Shown here: positions 1 to 11,868 of the stretch, piece by piece
Layout: every line of letters starts with the position of its first letter
Position numbering within the stretch: position 1 is the first letter of the stretch
NCBI RefSeq assembly: GCF_046119375.1
Contig: NW_027362764.1
Coordinates: 802,652,001-802,716,000, forward strand
Length of the DNA: 64,000 nt
Reading direction: 5' to 3'
From: Phyllobates terribilis
Taxonomy: Eukaryota
The notes under the pieces: model-generated
What the model was told of the DNA's origin: nothing
Databases searched by the model: none
The model's input: the letters and a program-made list of their open reading frames with translations, nothing else
Position numbers and translations under genes: made by a program

Positions 1-99
1 GACAGTTATTTTGCCCTTACTGAAGCCCCCAAGTGGTCTCACTTTATCTCACTCACTTTGATACTACTTTCATGACCCCCGTAGAGTAGAGTATTATGC

Positions 100-905
100 C
101 CCTACAAAGTATGATGACCCAACACAGTATGATTGCCCCACAAATCTTGCACAAAATATGATGCCCCACAGCACCCCACACAGTAAGATAGTCACCACAG
201 CCTCCCATACAGTATGTTATCCACCACAGCCCCCACTATACAGTATTACAGGTACCACAGTCCCTCACACAGTATGATGTCCACCACAGGCCCTATATAA
301 AGTGTGATGTACACCACAGACCCCCATATATTATGATTAGCCCACAGCCCCTATATAGTATGATGTCCCCCATTACCATCCCATGCACTTTGATAATCAC
401 CACAGTTTCCAAAATAGTATAACGTACCCCATAGACCTCCACACAGTATAATGTCCACCACAGCCATCCTACACAGTAAGATGATCACCCACAGCCACCC
501 CACACAGTATGATAGATCCCCCATAGACTATGAAGATCCCCCATAACTCCAATACTGTATGACGGTCCTCCCACAGCCCCCTAAATAGTATGATGGTCCA
601 CCTCACAGCCCCCAATATAGTATGATGGTCTCTCCAAGAGTCCCCTATATAATATGATGGTCCCCCCAACACCCCTATATAGTACGATGTTCCACCCCAT
701 AGTTCATTGTATATTATGATGGTACACAGCATATCCTCCCATATAGTATGACGGTCCACCTCACAGTCTCACATATAGTATGATGGCCCCCCCCAACAGC
801 CCCCTATTTAGTATGATGGTCCCCCCAACAGTACACTATATAGTACGGTGGTCCAACTCACATAGCCCCATATAGTGTGATGGTACCCCAGAGCCCCCAA
901 ATATA
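100..905. repeat. Degenerate ~30-36 bp minisatellite (CCCCATATAGTATGATGGTCC-like); second copy ~61048-61853
   Basis: Recurrent CACAG/ATAGTATGATG..CCCC motifs. Resembles the reverse complement of the 31-bp array at 46.2-47.1 kb. Confidence 0.75.
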
Positions 906-1099
906 AAAAAAATCCCTATACTCACCTAATCCAGACTTCTCATCCTTCGCAGCATCTGTCTCCTCTTCTACCCATTCTCACAGTGGATGCTGGCGGCGCA
1001 ATGCAGTGACGTTATTGCACCGCTGACGTCCCCTGCTAGGTGCAGGCCTCCAGCAGGCCGCAGACAGAAGGGACACCCACAGCCTGCTGGCGTAAGTGA

Positions 1100-2180
1100 T
1101 GGGGCCAGCAACTTTGTGCTCCATCACAGCTGTTAACAGTATGAGTGATTTGAGGATTCCGATTCTGTTAACAACATAGCAGATAAGGCAGCCCACAACC
1201 AGACAGGCCCTTCTGGCATTTGCCAGAATTGCCAGATGGCCAGTCCGGCCCTGGGGAACGGCTAATGTTTTGGGACACGTGCTTGTGTAATGAGGGGACG
1301 GCACACCTGGAGAAATAGTGGTGGCTCGGGACCGAGAACCGAGGAACGGCCGCCGCCATCAGGTTGCGGAATGCTTCCGTCTCCACAAGCCTAAAAGGCA
1401 ACATTTCTAGTGCAAGCAGTTACAAAATGTGGGGGAATTTAGTAGTGAGGCCTGTTGGGCGTCGGCTGCGTTTTTGCGCTTGTGTTTCTAAGGACTGGGG
1501 TATGGACAACTGAACGCTGCGCTGGGACAAGGACATGGACGTGCTTCCTGATGCTGCTACTTGAGAGTGCGCAACGACAGGTGCAGGGCAGGAGGCATCT
1601 TCCCATGCACCATGGACAGGGGATTGGCTTGCATGCACAACAGCGGAAGAAGCAGTGGTGCCACCCGCAGACACTGTTCCTGGACCCTGGAGTTCGGCAA
1701 AGAAAGTCGGGTGCTTTGCTGCCATGTGCCTGATCATGCTGGTGGTGATCAGGCTGGTCGTCCCTGCTGATGCTGGCCTGGCAGATGGTGCAAATGGCCT
1801 TTTTGGGGTTATCGGCAGAGTCTTCAAAAAACAACCAGACTCGGAAAGCCCTAATAGTTGTACTGGCAACTTCCTTTGTGTTGGTGTTACGGGGAACAGT
1901 TGCCTGCCTTCTGTCTACGGCCACCACGCTGCTTCTTCCTGCCTGTTGGGGTGCTCTGCCTCCCTCCCCCTGTGTGCTGCTGTCGTCTCTCTGCATGTCC
2001 TCCTGCCAGGTTGGGTCAGTTACTATATCATCCACCACCTCGTCTTCCACTTCCGCACCCTGGTCCTCCTCCTGACTTTATGGCAATTGTGTCTCATCAT
2101 CGTCCACCTCTTGTGACACTTTCCCACCGTCGCCTTCATGTGACCTTGGCTGTTCAAATAATTGGGCATTGCTACATGCG
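1100..2180 (-). mobile_element. hAT transposase 5' fragment (zf-BED region), frameshifted; second copy ~62048-63128
   Basis: Minus ORFs give WLFFEDSADNPKKAICTIC (BED-like) and MLPFRLVETEAFRNLMAAAVPRFSVPS, homologous to MLSFRLVETDTFRNFMALAVPQYNVPS in the 1130-aa transposase. Confidence 0.85.
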
Positions 2181-2184
2181 ATCT

Positions 2185-2760
2185 CCTCCTCTGCTCTATT
2201 CTGCCTCGCTTGTCCTCCGCACCTGCTGTTTCGCTCTGCTTTGTTCTGCCTCGCTTGTCCTCTGCACCTGCGGTTTCGCTCTGCTTTGTTCTGCCTCGCT
2301 TGTCCTCTGCACCTGCGGTTTCGCTCTGCTCTGTTCTGCCTCGCTTGTCCTCCGCACCAGTGGTTTCACTCTGCCTCGCTTGTCCTCCGCACCTGCGGTT
2401 TCGCTTTGCCTCGCTTGTCCTCCACACCTGCGGTTTCGCTCTGCTTTGTTCTGCCTCGCTTGTCCACCATACCTGCACTTTCGCTCTGCTCTGTTCTGCC
2501 CTGCTTGTCCTCCGCACCTGCGGTTTCGCTCTGCTCTATTCTGCCCTGCTTGTCCTCCGCGCATGCGGTTTCGCTCTGCTCTGTTCTGCCCTGCTTGTCC
2601 TCCGCACCTGTCATTTCGCTCTGCTCTGCTTGTCTTCCTCACCTGCGGTTTTGCTCTGCTCTACTTGTCTTCCGTACCTGCTGTTTCGCTCTGCTCTGCT
2701 TGTCTTCCGCACCTGCGGTTTCGCTCTGCTCTGCTTGTCCTCCGCATCTGCGGTTTGTTC
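2185..2760 (+). repeat. 45-bp tandem repeat CTCTGCTCTGTTCTGCCTCGCTTGTCCTCCGCACCTGCGGTTTCG with shorter variants, probably LTR-internal
   Basis: About 13-14 direct copies visible. Repeated at ~63133-63708. Confidence 0.9.
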
Positions 2761-2804
2761 CTGTAACCCAGTCTGTACCGGTCCCTATCCAGCCTGCTTT
2801 CCTA

Positions 2805-2945
2805 CCTGCCAGTACCCGCCTGTCTGCATACCTGCCAGTACCCGCCTGTCTGCATACCAGCCGTGCCTGCCAGTACCCGCCTGTCTGCATAGCAGCCGTG
2901 CCTGCCAATACCTGCCTGTCTGCATACCAGCCGTGCCTGCCTATT
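2805..2945 (+). repeat. 35-bp tandem repeat CCTGCCAGTACCCGCCTGTCTGCATACCAGCCGTG
   Basis: About 4 copies, some partial. Confidence 0.85.
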
Positions 2946-2949
2946 CCTG

Positions 2950-3580
2950 CATTCTCCGGCTTTGGTCAACAGCTGTGACCAGGGTCTGACCTGGAGTAGC
3001 ACCTGGGCCACCTCCCGCGTCCCTCCTCAGACCACGGAGTCGATTAAGCCGCCGTGTGTTCTTGGTCGGATCTGGTGAGGCCCCTAGTCATGCCCCTCCA
3101 GGCACTCCACGTTTCGTGGCCCAGTGGGACCACTAACCACGCTCACGCCAGTCAGTCCGGGCGTGAGCATAACAGTTTGCTCAGGCCATGGTCCCCGTTG
3201 AGTCCCACGGCCCTTTGCTCTCAGAGACATTTGAATCATTGTCTGGCGAATACATGCACCAAGAATTTTTTTTTTTCCCAAGCTGAGGACCAGGCGATTT
3301 ACGCACCAGCCCAAATGGAGCTATCAGCACTCGCTCCTGCGGATCCACCACGGTACTATGGGTATCCAAAACAAAGCCGTGCGTTTGTGGAGCAATGCAT
3401 GCTGCATTTCAAATTCTATGCTCACTATTTTCCCACCAATCGGGTTAAAGTAGCATTTCTGATGTCCTACCTAGCGGGTGATGCCTTGAATTGGATCACC
3501 CCCCTATAGGAAGCACGGAATCCTATCGTCTCTGACCTGCAGGCCTTCCTGGTGGCCTTTCTAATGGTCTTCGATGACCC
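2950..3580 (+). mobile_element. Sushi/Mart-type gypsy LTR 3' end (..TAACA at ~3174) plus gag fragment, pseudogenised
   Basis: PPRYYGYPKQSRAFVEQCMLHF..RVKVAFLMSYLAGDALNWITPL* is a retrotransposon gag motif. Premature stop, truncated at ~3580. Confidence 0.8.
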
Positions 3581-3584
3581 TACA

Positions 3585-4870
3585 TTGCGTTTGGAGAGCC
3601 CCTCTGTGCCCAAACTTTGGAGCTCCCCCACAAGTGACCCCATTTTGGAAACTAGACCCCCCAAGGCACCTTTCTAGATGCATAGTGAGCACTTGGAACC
3701 CCCAGGTGCTTCACAAATTGATTCGTAATAATGAAAAAGTGAAAAAAAAAACACTTTTTCATTTTTATGAATCAATTTGTGAAGCACCTGGGGTTCCAAG
3801 TGCTCACTATGCATCTAGATAGGTGCCTTGGGGGGTCTAGTTTCCAAAATGGGGTCACTTGTGGGGGAGCTCCAATGTTTGGGCACACAGGGACTCTCCA
3901 AATGCAACATGATATCCGCTAACAATTTGAGCCGACAATTTGTTAGCGGATATCATGTTGCATTTGGAGAGTCCCTGTGTGCCCAAACATTGGAGCTCCC
4001 CCACAAGTGACCCCATTTTGGAAACTAGACCCCCCAAGGCACCTTTCTAGATGCATAGTGAGCACTTGGAACCCCAGGTGCTTCACAAATTGATTCATAA
4101 AAATGAAAAAGTGGTTTTATTTTCACTTTTTCATTTTTACGAATCAATTTGTGAAGCACCTGGGGGTTCCAAGTGCTTACTATGCATCTAGATAGGTGCC
4201 TTGGGGGGTCTAGTTTCCAAAATGGGGTCACTTGTGGGGGAGCTCCAAAGTTTGGGCACAGAGGGGCTCTCCAAATGCAATGTGGTGTCCGCTAACAATT
4301 TGAGCCGATTTTCCATTCAATTTGTTAGCGGATACCATGTTGCATTTAGAGAGTCCCTGTGTGCCCAAACATTGGAGCTCCCCCACAAGTGACCCCATTT
4401 TGGAAACTAGACCCCCCAAGGCACCTTTCTAGATGCATAGTGAGCACTTGGAACCCCAGGTGCTTCACAAATTGATTCATAAAAATGAAAAAGTGTTTTT
4501 TTTTTTCACTTTTTCATTTTTACGAATCAATTTGTGAAGCACCTGGGGGTTCCAAGTGCTTACTATGCATCTAGATAGGTGCCTTGGGGGGTCTAGTTTC
4601 CAAAATGGGGTCACTTGTGGGGGAGCTCCAATGTTTGGGCACACAGGGGCTCTCCAAACGCAACATGGCGTCCGCTAACAATTTGAGCCGATTTTCCATT
4701 CAATTTGTTAGCGGACACCATGTCGCGTTTGGAGAGCCCGTGATGTGCCTAAACAGTGGAGCTCCCCCACAAGTGTCCCCATTTTGGAAACTATACCCCT
4801 CAAGGATTTTATTAAGGTGTATAGTGAACATTTTGAACCCAGAGGTACGGCACAGAATTTGTTTACATTA
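3585..4870. repeat. Array of alternately inverted ~185-190 bp monomers (consecutive palindromes, period 373-383 bp)
   Basis: The same peptide MGGLVSKMGSLVGELQ appears on + at 3828, 4201, 4584 and on - ending at 3664, 4037, 4419. Symmetry centres lie near 3750, 3937, 4115, 4308, 4495, 4695. Confidence 0.92.
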
Positions 4871-4896
4871 GGTCATCATATTGAATAAGTTGTCAT

Positions 4897-5196
4897 TATT
4901 CTTGAGCGCAAGTGCTCGCTACTTGAGTTTGCATCGGGTACTCAGGTATGCACCATGTACAGCGTGTGCTTGAGTGACATGCTCGAGTCCCTGCTCCGCA
5001 TGTTTCACGGTTATTAGGCACCCAAAAAAAAACATGCGGGGATCGCTCGTGCATGGCAGGCAATCCCCGTAAAGTTTTTTGGCCGCGAAGCATATGGGGC
5101 AGAGACTCGAGCATGTCACTCAAATACCCACGATACTCAATGCATACCAGAGCACCCGATGCAAACTCAAGTAGCGAGCACTTGCTCTCAACACTA
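4897..5196. mobile_element. hAT-type MITE (~300 bp)
   Basis: Inverted arms TTGAGCGCAAGTGCTCGCTACTTGAGTTTGCATCGGGT / ACCCGATGCAAACTCAAGTAGCGAGCACTTGCTCTCAACACTA. Right end matches the TAGTGTTGAG terminus of the 11-kb hAT. Left end and TSD are degenerate. Confidence 0.75.
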
Positions 5197-5239
5197 GTCA
5201 CCATATCGTCATCTTTTTTTCTTACTTTTGAAAAAAATC

Positions 5240-5380
5240 CCAACCCCAGCCCTAGCCCTAGCACAACCCTAGCCCTAGCACAACCCTAGCCCTAGCACAA
5301 CCCTAGCCCCAGCACAACCCTAGCCCCAGCACAACCCTAGCCCCAAACCCAGCCCTAACCCTAGCCCAATCCTAACCCAA
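5240..5380 (+). repeat. CCCTAG/CCCTAA-like repeat (18-bp higher unit ACCCTAGCCCYAGCACA-A)
   Basis: Direct inspection. Telomere-like but mostly CCCTAG. Confidence 0.8.
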
Positions 5381-6852
5381 GAGTTTATTTTTGACGCCGT
5401 TCCTTGTGCGGTATAAGTGATTAGACGACTTTATTCTTCGGGTCGGTGTGATTACAGCAATGCCAGAATCATATGGGGTTTTTATGACTGACAGCTGTCA
5501 CACACTAAAAGACGCATTTTTTGTAAAATCTAGTTTTTGCATCGCCATATTTTGAGAGCTATAATTTTTCCAGATTTTGGCAGACAGTCATGTGACGGCT
5601 CGTTTTTTGCGGGATGACTTGACGTTGTTATTGGTGCCATTTTCAGGCACGTGACATTTTTTGATCGCTTTCTATTCCGATTTTTGGGAGGCAGAATAAA
5701 CAAAAACCAACAATTCAGGAATTGTTTTTTTTTTTTTTTTTTTATTCTGTTCCGCGTGTGGTAAAATTGATGAGGTAGCTTTATTCTTCGGGTCAGTACG
5801 TTTACAGCGGTACCACATTTGTATAATTTTTCTATGTTTTGGCGCTTATACACAATAAAAGCTATTTTATAGAAAAAAATATTTTTTAGCATCGCTTTAT
5901 TCTGAGAGCTGAAACTTTTTTATTTTTCGGCTGATGGAGCTGTATGGCGGCTTGTTTTTTGTGGGACGAGATGACGTTTTCAGCGGTATCATTTTTATTT
6001 ATATGCGTCTTTTTGATCGCGTGTTATTCCACTTTTTGTTTGGCGGTATGGTGATAAAGCATTGTTTTTTGCTGCGTTTTTTTTTTTTTACCGTGTTCAC
6101 TGAAGGGGTTAACTAGTGGGACAGTTTTATAGGTCAGGCTGTTCCGGACGCGGCGATACCAAATATGTGTACTTTTATTGTTTTTTTTTAATTTTTTTTA
6201 TAATAATATTTATTGATGGGTACATTATATTTTTATTTTTGGTGTATTATTTTTTTTATTTTTTTATAATATTTTTGCACATTTTTTTTTTTCCACTTTC
6301 AGACAGTTTGTACACCTTATTACTTTGTCCCACTCTGGGACTTTCACTTTTTTTTTTCTGATCGCCTGCATGGCATAGGAATGGAGCACCATCCCTATGC
6401 CATGCAGGCTGTCAGAAGTGCACAGTGTTAAGATTGCTTGGAGATGCACTGCGCATGTCCAAGCAATCTTCCTGCTCTCTGGTGACCCGGATGTTGTCAT
6501 GACGACATCGGGTCGTCATGGCAACACCCGGGAAGCAGCTGCAGTCTGCGCTGGAAGCCGGAAGAGGAGGTGAGTATCGCCGATCACCTCCCCTTGCCCC
6601 CGCAATGCCGCGATCGATTTCGATCGACTTCGATCGCAGCATAGCGGGGGTTAATGTGCTGGGAGCGGTGCAGGACCGCTCCCTGCACATAGTACTGGGT
6701 GTCAGCTGTGACAATCAGCTGACACCCGGCGGCGATCGCGCCCGCACAGCCTGTGTGCGCGCGCGATCGCCATGACGTACTAATACGGGTCTGGCTCTTA
6801 AGTCCCAGGGCACAGACGCGTATTAGTACGTCAAATGTTATTAAGGGGTTAA

Positions 6853-9438
6853 TGAGACAAATAGACGAAGTAGCAAAAAATTACGAGGTGATTATTATGG
6901 GGGACTTCAACTACCCCGATATAGACTGGGAAACCGAAAGCTGTAGATCTCAGAAAGGAAACAGGTTTCTGTCAATTATCAAAGACAATTATTTGTCACA
7001 ACTTGTGCAGGAACCAACTAGAGGGACGGCCCTTTTACACTTAATATTAACTAACAGGCCAGACAGAATAACTGAGGTGCAGGTCGGGGGGCACCTGGGA
7101 AATAGTGACCCCAACATTATACAATTCCACATGTGCTTCAGTAGGTGCCCAGCAAGGGAGTCACAAAAACACTGAACTTCAGCTAAGAGATGCCCTTCAC
7201 CTTATAGACTGGGATAGTATCTTCAGTAATAGGAGCACGGATAAAAAATGGGAAATTTTCAAAACAGTCCTACATAGTCACTGTAGAAGGTACATACCTT
7301 ATGGGAATAAAAGGGCTAGGAATAGGAGGAAGCCAATGTGGCTAAATAAGGAAGTCAAGAGGGCAATGAAAAACAAAAAAAGGGCTTTCGGTAAACTTAA
7401 ACAAGAAGGCAGCGAGGAAGCGCTAATATCTTATAGGGAAAAAAAACAAAATCTGTAAGAAACAAATAAGAATAGCAAAAGAGGAGACAGAGAGACTAAT
7501 TGCCAAGGAAAGTAAAACCAATCCCAAACTGTTCTTTAACTCTATAAACAGTAAAAGGATTAAAACTGATGGCGTTGGCCCATTGAAAAATAACCTGGGT
7601 AAAATCCTAGAGGGCGATGAGGGTAAAGCAAACCTACTCAATAGCTTCTTCTCCACTGTTTTCACAAAAGAAAACAATTTATCGGAGGAAATGCAGAGTG
7701 ATAAAGTAAACCCTCCGCTAAATATCACCCACCTAACCCAGGAGGAAGTTCAGAAACGCCTAAATAATATCAAAATAGACAAGTCACCAGGCCCAGATGA
7801 CATACACCCCCAGGTACTAAAAGAATTAAGTAATGTGATAGACAGACCGCTGTATCTTATATTCAAGCACTCTTTATGGACAGGGACTGTCCCACTAGAC
7901 TGGCGCCAAGCAAATGTGGTACCAATATTCAAAAAGGGGTCTAAAAGTGACCCTGGGAACTATAGAGCAGTCAGCTTAACGTCTATTGTGGGTAAATTGT
8001 TTGAAGGATTTCTTAGAGATGCTATTGTAGAATATCTTAATGATAATAACTGTCTAACTCCATATCAACATGGATTCATGAGGGATCGCTCCTGCCAAAC
8101 AAACCTGATGGCCTTCTACGAGGAGGTGAGCTCACAGCTGGACCGGGGAGAGTCAGTGGATGTTGTAGACCTTGACTTCTCCAAAGCGTTTGATACCGTG
8201 CCACACAAAAGGTTGGTATATAAAATGAGAATGCTTGGTCTGGGGGATAATGTGTGCAAGTGGGTAAATAGCTGGCTGAGTGATAGAAAGCAGAGGGTGG
8301 TTATCAATGGAGTAAGCTCAGGGGGTGTCAGGGTTACTAGCGGGGGGCCTCAAGGGTCTGTCTTGGGCCCTATATTATTTAATATATTTATTAATGATCT
8401 AGTGGAAGGGTTGCATAGTAAAATAGCAATATTTGCAGATGATACTAAACTTTGTAAAGTAGTTAATACAGATGAGGATAGGGCACAGCTACAGAAGGAT
8501 TTAGATAAATTGGGGAGTTGGGCCAAAAAATGGCAAATGCGGTTCAATGCCGATAAATGTAAGGTCATGCACATGGGAAAGAAAAACAGCAGTCACCCAT
8601 ACATATTAAATGGGAAACCGTTGGGGAAATCTGACATGGAGAAGGACCTGGGCGTCTTGGTTAATAGCAAATTAAATTGGAGTGCCCAGTGTCAGGCAGC
8701 AGCTGCGAAGGCAAATAGAGTCATGGTATGCATCAGAAGAGGAATAGGGGCATATGATGAGAACATTGTTCTTCCTCTGTATAAAGCGCTGGTAAGGCCG
8801 CACTTAGAATATTGTGCACAGTTCTGGGCTCCGGTGCTCAGGAAAGACATATTGGAGCTAGAGAGGGTACAAAGGAGGGCGACTAAGGTAATAAAGGGAA
8901 TGGAGGGACTAGAATACCCAGAGAGGTTGTCAAATTTAGGCCTATTTACATTGGAAAAGAGAAGGCTTAAGGGAGACCTCATAAACATGTATAATTACAT
9001 CAGGGGGCAGTACAGAGATCTCTCCCATGACCTGTTTATACCAAGGATGGTGACAAAGACGAGGGGGCACACTATGCGTCTGGAGGAAAGGAGGTTCCTG
9101 CACCAGCATAGAAGGGGATTCTTTACGGTCAGAGCCGTGAGACTCTGGAACTCTCTGGGAGAGGAAGTGGTGATGTCCAACTCACTTAATGATTTCAAGA
9201 GAGGCCTGGACACCTCTCTTGAGAACAATAAAATTACATCTTATGCTTAGTTAATTAATCCAGATTGGTGTCGGGAAGTGAATTTTTCCTCAATAATGTA
9301 AATTGGCCTATACCGCATGTTTTTTTTTTTGCCTTCCCCTGGATCAACGCTGCGGAATAGCTGCAGTGCACGAGAAATAGGCTGAACTGGATGGACGTTT
9401 GTCTTTTTTCGGCCTTATAAACTATGTAACTATGTAAC
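6853..9438 (+). mobile_element. CR1 LINE, 5'-truncated, with 3' (ACTATGTA)n tail
   Basis: Endonuclease remnant IIMGDFNYPDIDW..LILTNRPD, RT ORF, and tail AACTATGTAACTATGTAACT at ~9419-9438. Confidence 0.93.
7583..9250 (+). CDS. CR1 ORF2 reverse transcriptase portion (555 aa open; upstream EN part frameshifted)
   Basis: KSPGPDDIHP, DFSKAFDTVPH, PQGSVLGPILFNIFINDL, FADDTKL, RPHLEYC motifs. Confidence 0.9.
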   Translation: MKNNLGKILEGDEGKANLLNSFFSTVFTKENNLSEEMQSDKVNPPLNITHLTQEEVQKRLNNIKIDKSPGPDDIHPQVLKELSNVIDRPLYLIFKHSLWTGTVPLDWRQANVVPIFKKGSKSDPGNYRAVSLTSIVGKLFEGFLRDAIVEYLNDNNCLTPYQHGFMRDRSCQTNLMAFYEEVSSQLDRGESVDVVDLDFSKAFDTVPHKRLVYKMRMLGLGDNVCKWVNSWLSDRKQRVVINGVSSGGVRVTSGGPQGSVLGPILFNIFINDLVEGLHSKIAIFADDTKLCKVVNTDEDRAQLQKDLDKLGSWAKKWQMRFNADKCKVMHMGKKNSSHPYILNGKPLGKSDMEKDLGVLVNSKLNWSAQCQAAAAKANRVMVCIRRGIGAYDENIVLPLYKALVRPHLEYCAQFWAPVLRKDILELERVQRRATKVIKGMEGLEYPERLSNLGLFTLEKRRLKGDLINMYNYIRGQYRDLSHDLFIPRMVTKTRGHTMRLEERRFLHQHRRGFFTVRAVRLWNSLGEEVVMSNSLNDFKRGLDTSLENNKITSYA

Positions 9439-9449
9439 TTCGAAGCTAC

Positions 9450-10703
9450 TTTAATCTATCTGTATGATATAATTATTTATTCAGCCACGTTTGAAGATCA
9501 TCTCCGCCGACTGGAACGAGTACTATAACGACTTCAGAGGCATGAATTGAAAATCAAGCCTTGTAAGTGTCATCTCTTCAAACGAGAAATTGAATATTTG
9601 GGGAACACTGTATCCAGTGCGGGAGTGTATCCCACTGCTGAGAAAGTAGCTGCAGTGCAGAAGTGGCCCACACCGGTCAACTTAAGGGAGTTGAGAGCAT
9701 TTCTAGGACTCGCTAGATATTACCGCAGATTCATAAAAGATTTTGCTAAGATTGCGGCCCCGCTTAGTGAATTACTAAGGGGAATGGCTGGAGGAGCAAA
9801 GCGGCAACCTATTCCGTGGGGACCACGACAAGAAGAGGCGTTTCGAGCATTGAAAATGGCACTAAGGAATGCCCCAATACTGGCCTATGCTGATTTCTCA
9901 CAGCCTTTTGTATTGTACACTGATGAAAGTCTATATGGACTGGGAGCAATGTTGGCTCAAGTGCAAGAAGGAAAAGAGCTAGTGATCGCGTATGCCAATT
10001 GGTCACTTCGGGACGCTGAGAAGAATCCAGATAACTACAGTTCGTTCAAACTGGAGCTCCTGGCACTGGTATGGGCCTTGACTGAGAAATTTGCGGAGTT
10101 CTTGTCAGGTTCAGAAATATAAGTGCGGACGGACAATAATCCTTTGGCTCATTTGGAAAACGCAAAGTTGGGCGCATTGGAACAGCGGTGGGTTGCAAGG
10201 ATGTCTAAATATCAGTACAAAATCGCTTATCGGTCTAAGGCCCTAAACACAAAGGCAGATGCTCTGTCTTGGGTCACTCAGATGGGGCCGAAGAGAGATA
10301 TAGATGAACAGCTGGAAGGTGACGAGACTCTGGATTTTCGTCAATTCGCTGCAGCTATAATCGATGCTCAGAACTCCAAAGAAAAGGCAAGGCCCACTCA
10401 AATCCTGGGTCGGTGAAGAGAAAAGTGGATGCAGAGTTGGCAAAGCTTAGGGAATGGGTCGCTATAGGTCAGAGACCCGACCAGGAGGCTAGAGCTGCTT
10501 CACTCCCAACTACCGTACAAATATTAGGTCAGTGGGAAAGACTCTTTTTGAAGGATGGCTTGCTATGCCGGAAAATCCAGCTGCCTCAAGAGTTTGACGT
10601 GACCTGGCAGGTATTAGTCCCAGGAACACTAGTAACACAATTAGCCCAGGAGGCTCATGGAAGAGGTGCCCATTTCGGCGTGGAGAAGACCTTCCGGTGA
10701 TTA
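9450..10703 (+). mobile_element. Gypsy pol fragment (RT end, RNase H, integrase Zn-finger start), degenerate
   Basis: KIKPCKCHLFKREIEYLG, FLGLARYYRRFIKDFAKIAAPL, YSSFKLELLALVWA, RTDNNPL, HFGVEKT. In-frame stops present. Confidence 0.92.
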
Positions 10704-11848
10704 TGTGACGCCCAGCTGTGCTTGGTATCACAGATCCTAGAAGGGTGTATTGACGGATTCCTCCACAAGAGGCCCCCATAACCATTCACACATCTCCACC
10801 TTCCACCTCAGACCACCAGAGGGAGCCCGTTAGGCATAGATAAATAGGGAAGATGAAGCCAGACAGCAGTTAGTCTGGTCTAGACAGGAGTCGAAAGAGA
10901 GCAAACCTGTTGAGAGAGTTCCTGCAGTAAAGAAGCCTGAGAGAGGTCAGTCCGCAGTGGAGCACAGTCCAGACTCAGTTGTAGCTCAGAATGGTGAGCT
11001 TTAGGTGTGCCGGCGCCATAAGATCGGTGATGCGCGGCGAGCTGCCGTTAGTGTGAGTAGCCTAGTGAGGGCCCGAGTAGGCCGAAGGCAAGAGGAGAGT
11101 TAGTACATAGGGGGCAGAGGAGCTTAACTAGCTCACCCCGAAACAGTTACCGTACACCGGGTCCGAAGTTTTCCGGGATCTCTATGACCCAGTAAGATAT
11201 AACCGGAATCCCTGGGGAACTTCAAGTCCCAAGATCGCTAAAGTGCTGATACGTAACAGAGCCAGGAGACACATAGGCCCCGCAAGCTGAGGATTGTGTA
11301 CTCCAAGAAAAGGCCCTACCACAAGGTCAGCCAGCGCAGGACAGAGACAAAGTTAGGCCTAGCTCCAGGCAGGTCAGAAACTTACTACGCAGAAGCAAGA
11401 AACAGGAGGCCCAAAGTCCGCTCATTGGGGAGGATCCTGACATGCACCCTTCACCCTACAGTGCTCTGGGACGTGCTTGAATTTCCATCAGTAAAAGGTA
11501 CTGAAGTGACTATCGCGTCTGTCCCTGTTCTTGCTCTGACCCGGCTCGCTCTCGCCTGTCCTGCATTCCCCGTTATTCACTGCCTTGAGGCCTAGCTCCA
11601 CCTGTAGAGAGCTATACCATGAAGCTGCCTTATCATCGGCCTCAGTGGACTGAGCAGCGCTGGTGATCCTCACCAGAAGCCACAGGTGGAGTCACAAACT
11701 CTTTTATAAACTTAACAAATTATCCACCCTTTTTAAGGAGAGACTCCAGGGTACGGGCCCGGGAGCCGACCACCGCGACATCCCTGAAGGCCAGGTTAAA
11801 GACCCGGGTACCGAGTCATCCCCCATTCCCCTGGACGAGTCATCTCCA
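10704..11848 (+). mobile_element. Gypsy LTR, family A, copy 1 (3' end approximate)
   Basis: Begins TGTGACGCCC, is followed by a PBS, and is repeated 2083 bp downstream. Confidence 0.8.
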
Positions 11849-11850
11849 AC

Positions 11851-11868
11851 TGGCGTCACGAACAGGAT
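11851..11868 (+). promoter_or_regulatory. Primer binding site, probably tRNA-Ser(CGA)
   Basis: TGGCGTCACGAACAGGAT is complementary to the vertebrate tRNA-Ser(CGA) 3' end ATCCTGTTCGTGACGCCA as recalled (not searched). A second copy with one mismatch is at 13934-13951. Confidence 0.7.

Larger units (their letters stand above)
1..3052 (+). repeat. Copy 1 of the overlap that defines a 60,948-bp tandem/segmental repeat period
   Basis: GACAGTTATTTTGCCC at 1 recurs at 60949. Every ORF in 1-3052 reappears offset by exactly 60948 with an identical translation. Confidence 0.97.
3585..6848 (+). mobile_element. Non-autonomous piggyBac-like element, left end missing
   Basis: Right terminus GTTATTAAGGGG|TTAA (TTAA at 6849-6852). 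Subterminal inverted repeat GACGTACTAATACG..CGTATTAGTACGTC. Internal motifs shared with the element at 18579. Confidence 0.6.

Noticed and set aside
1858-2989. Overlapping 250-300 aa Cys/Leu-rich ORFs (and their duplicates at 62.8-63.9 kb)
   Set aside because: Products of the 45-bp and 35-bp repeats.
5240-5380. Interstitial telomere
   Set aside because: Mostly CCCTAG with an 18-bp higher-order unit, very few true CCCTAA, and embedded in a transposon.
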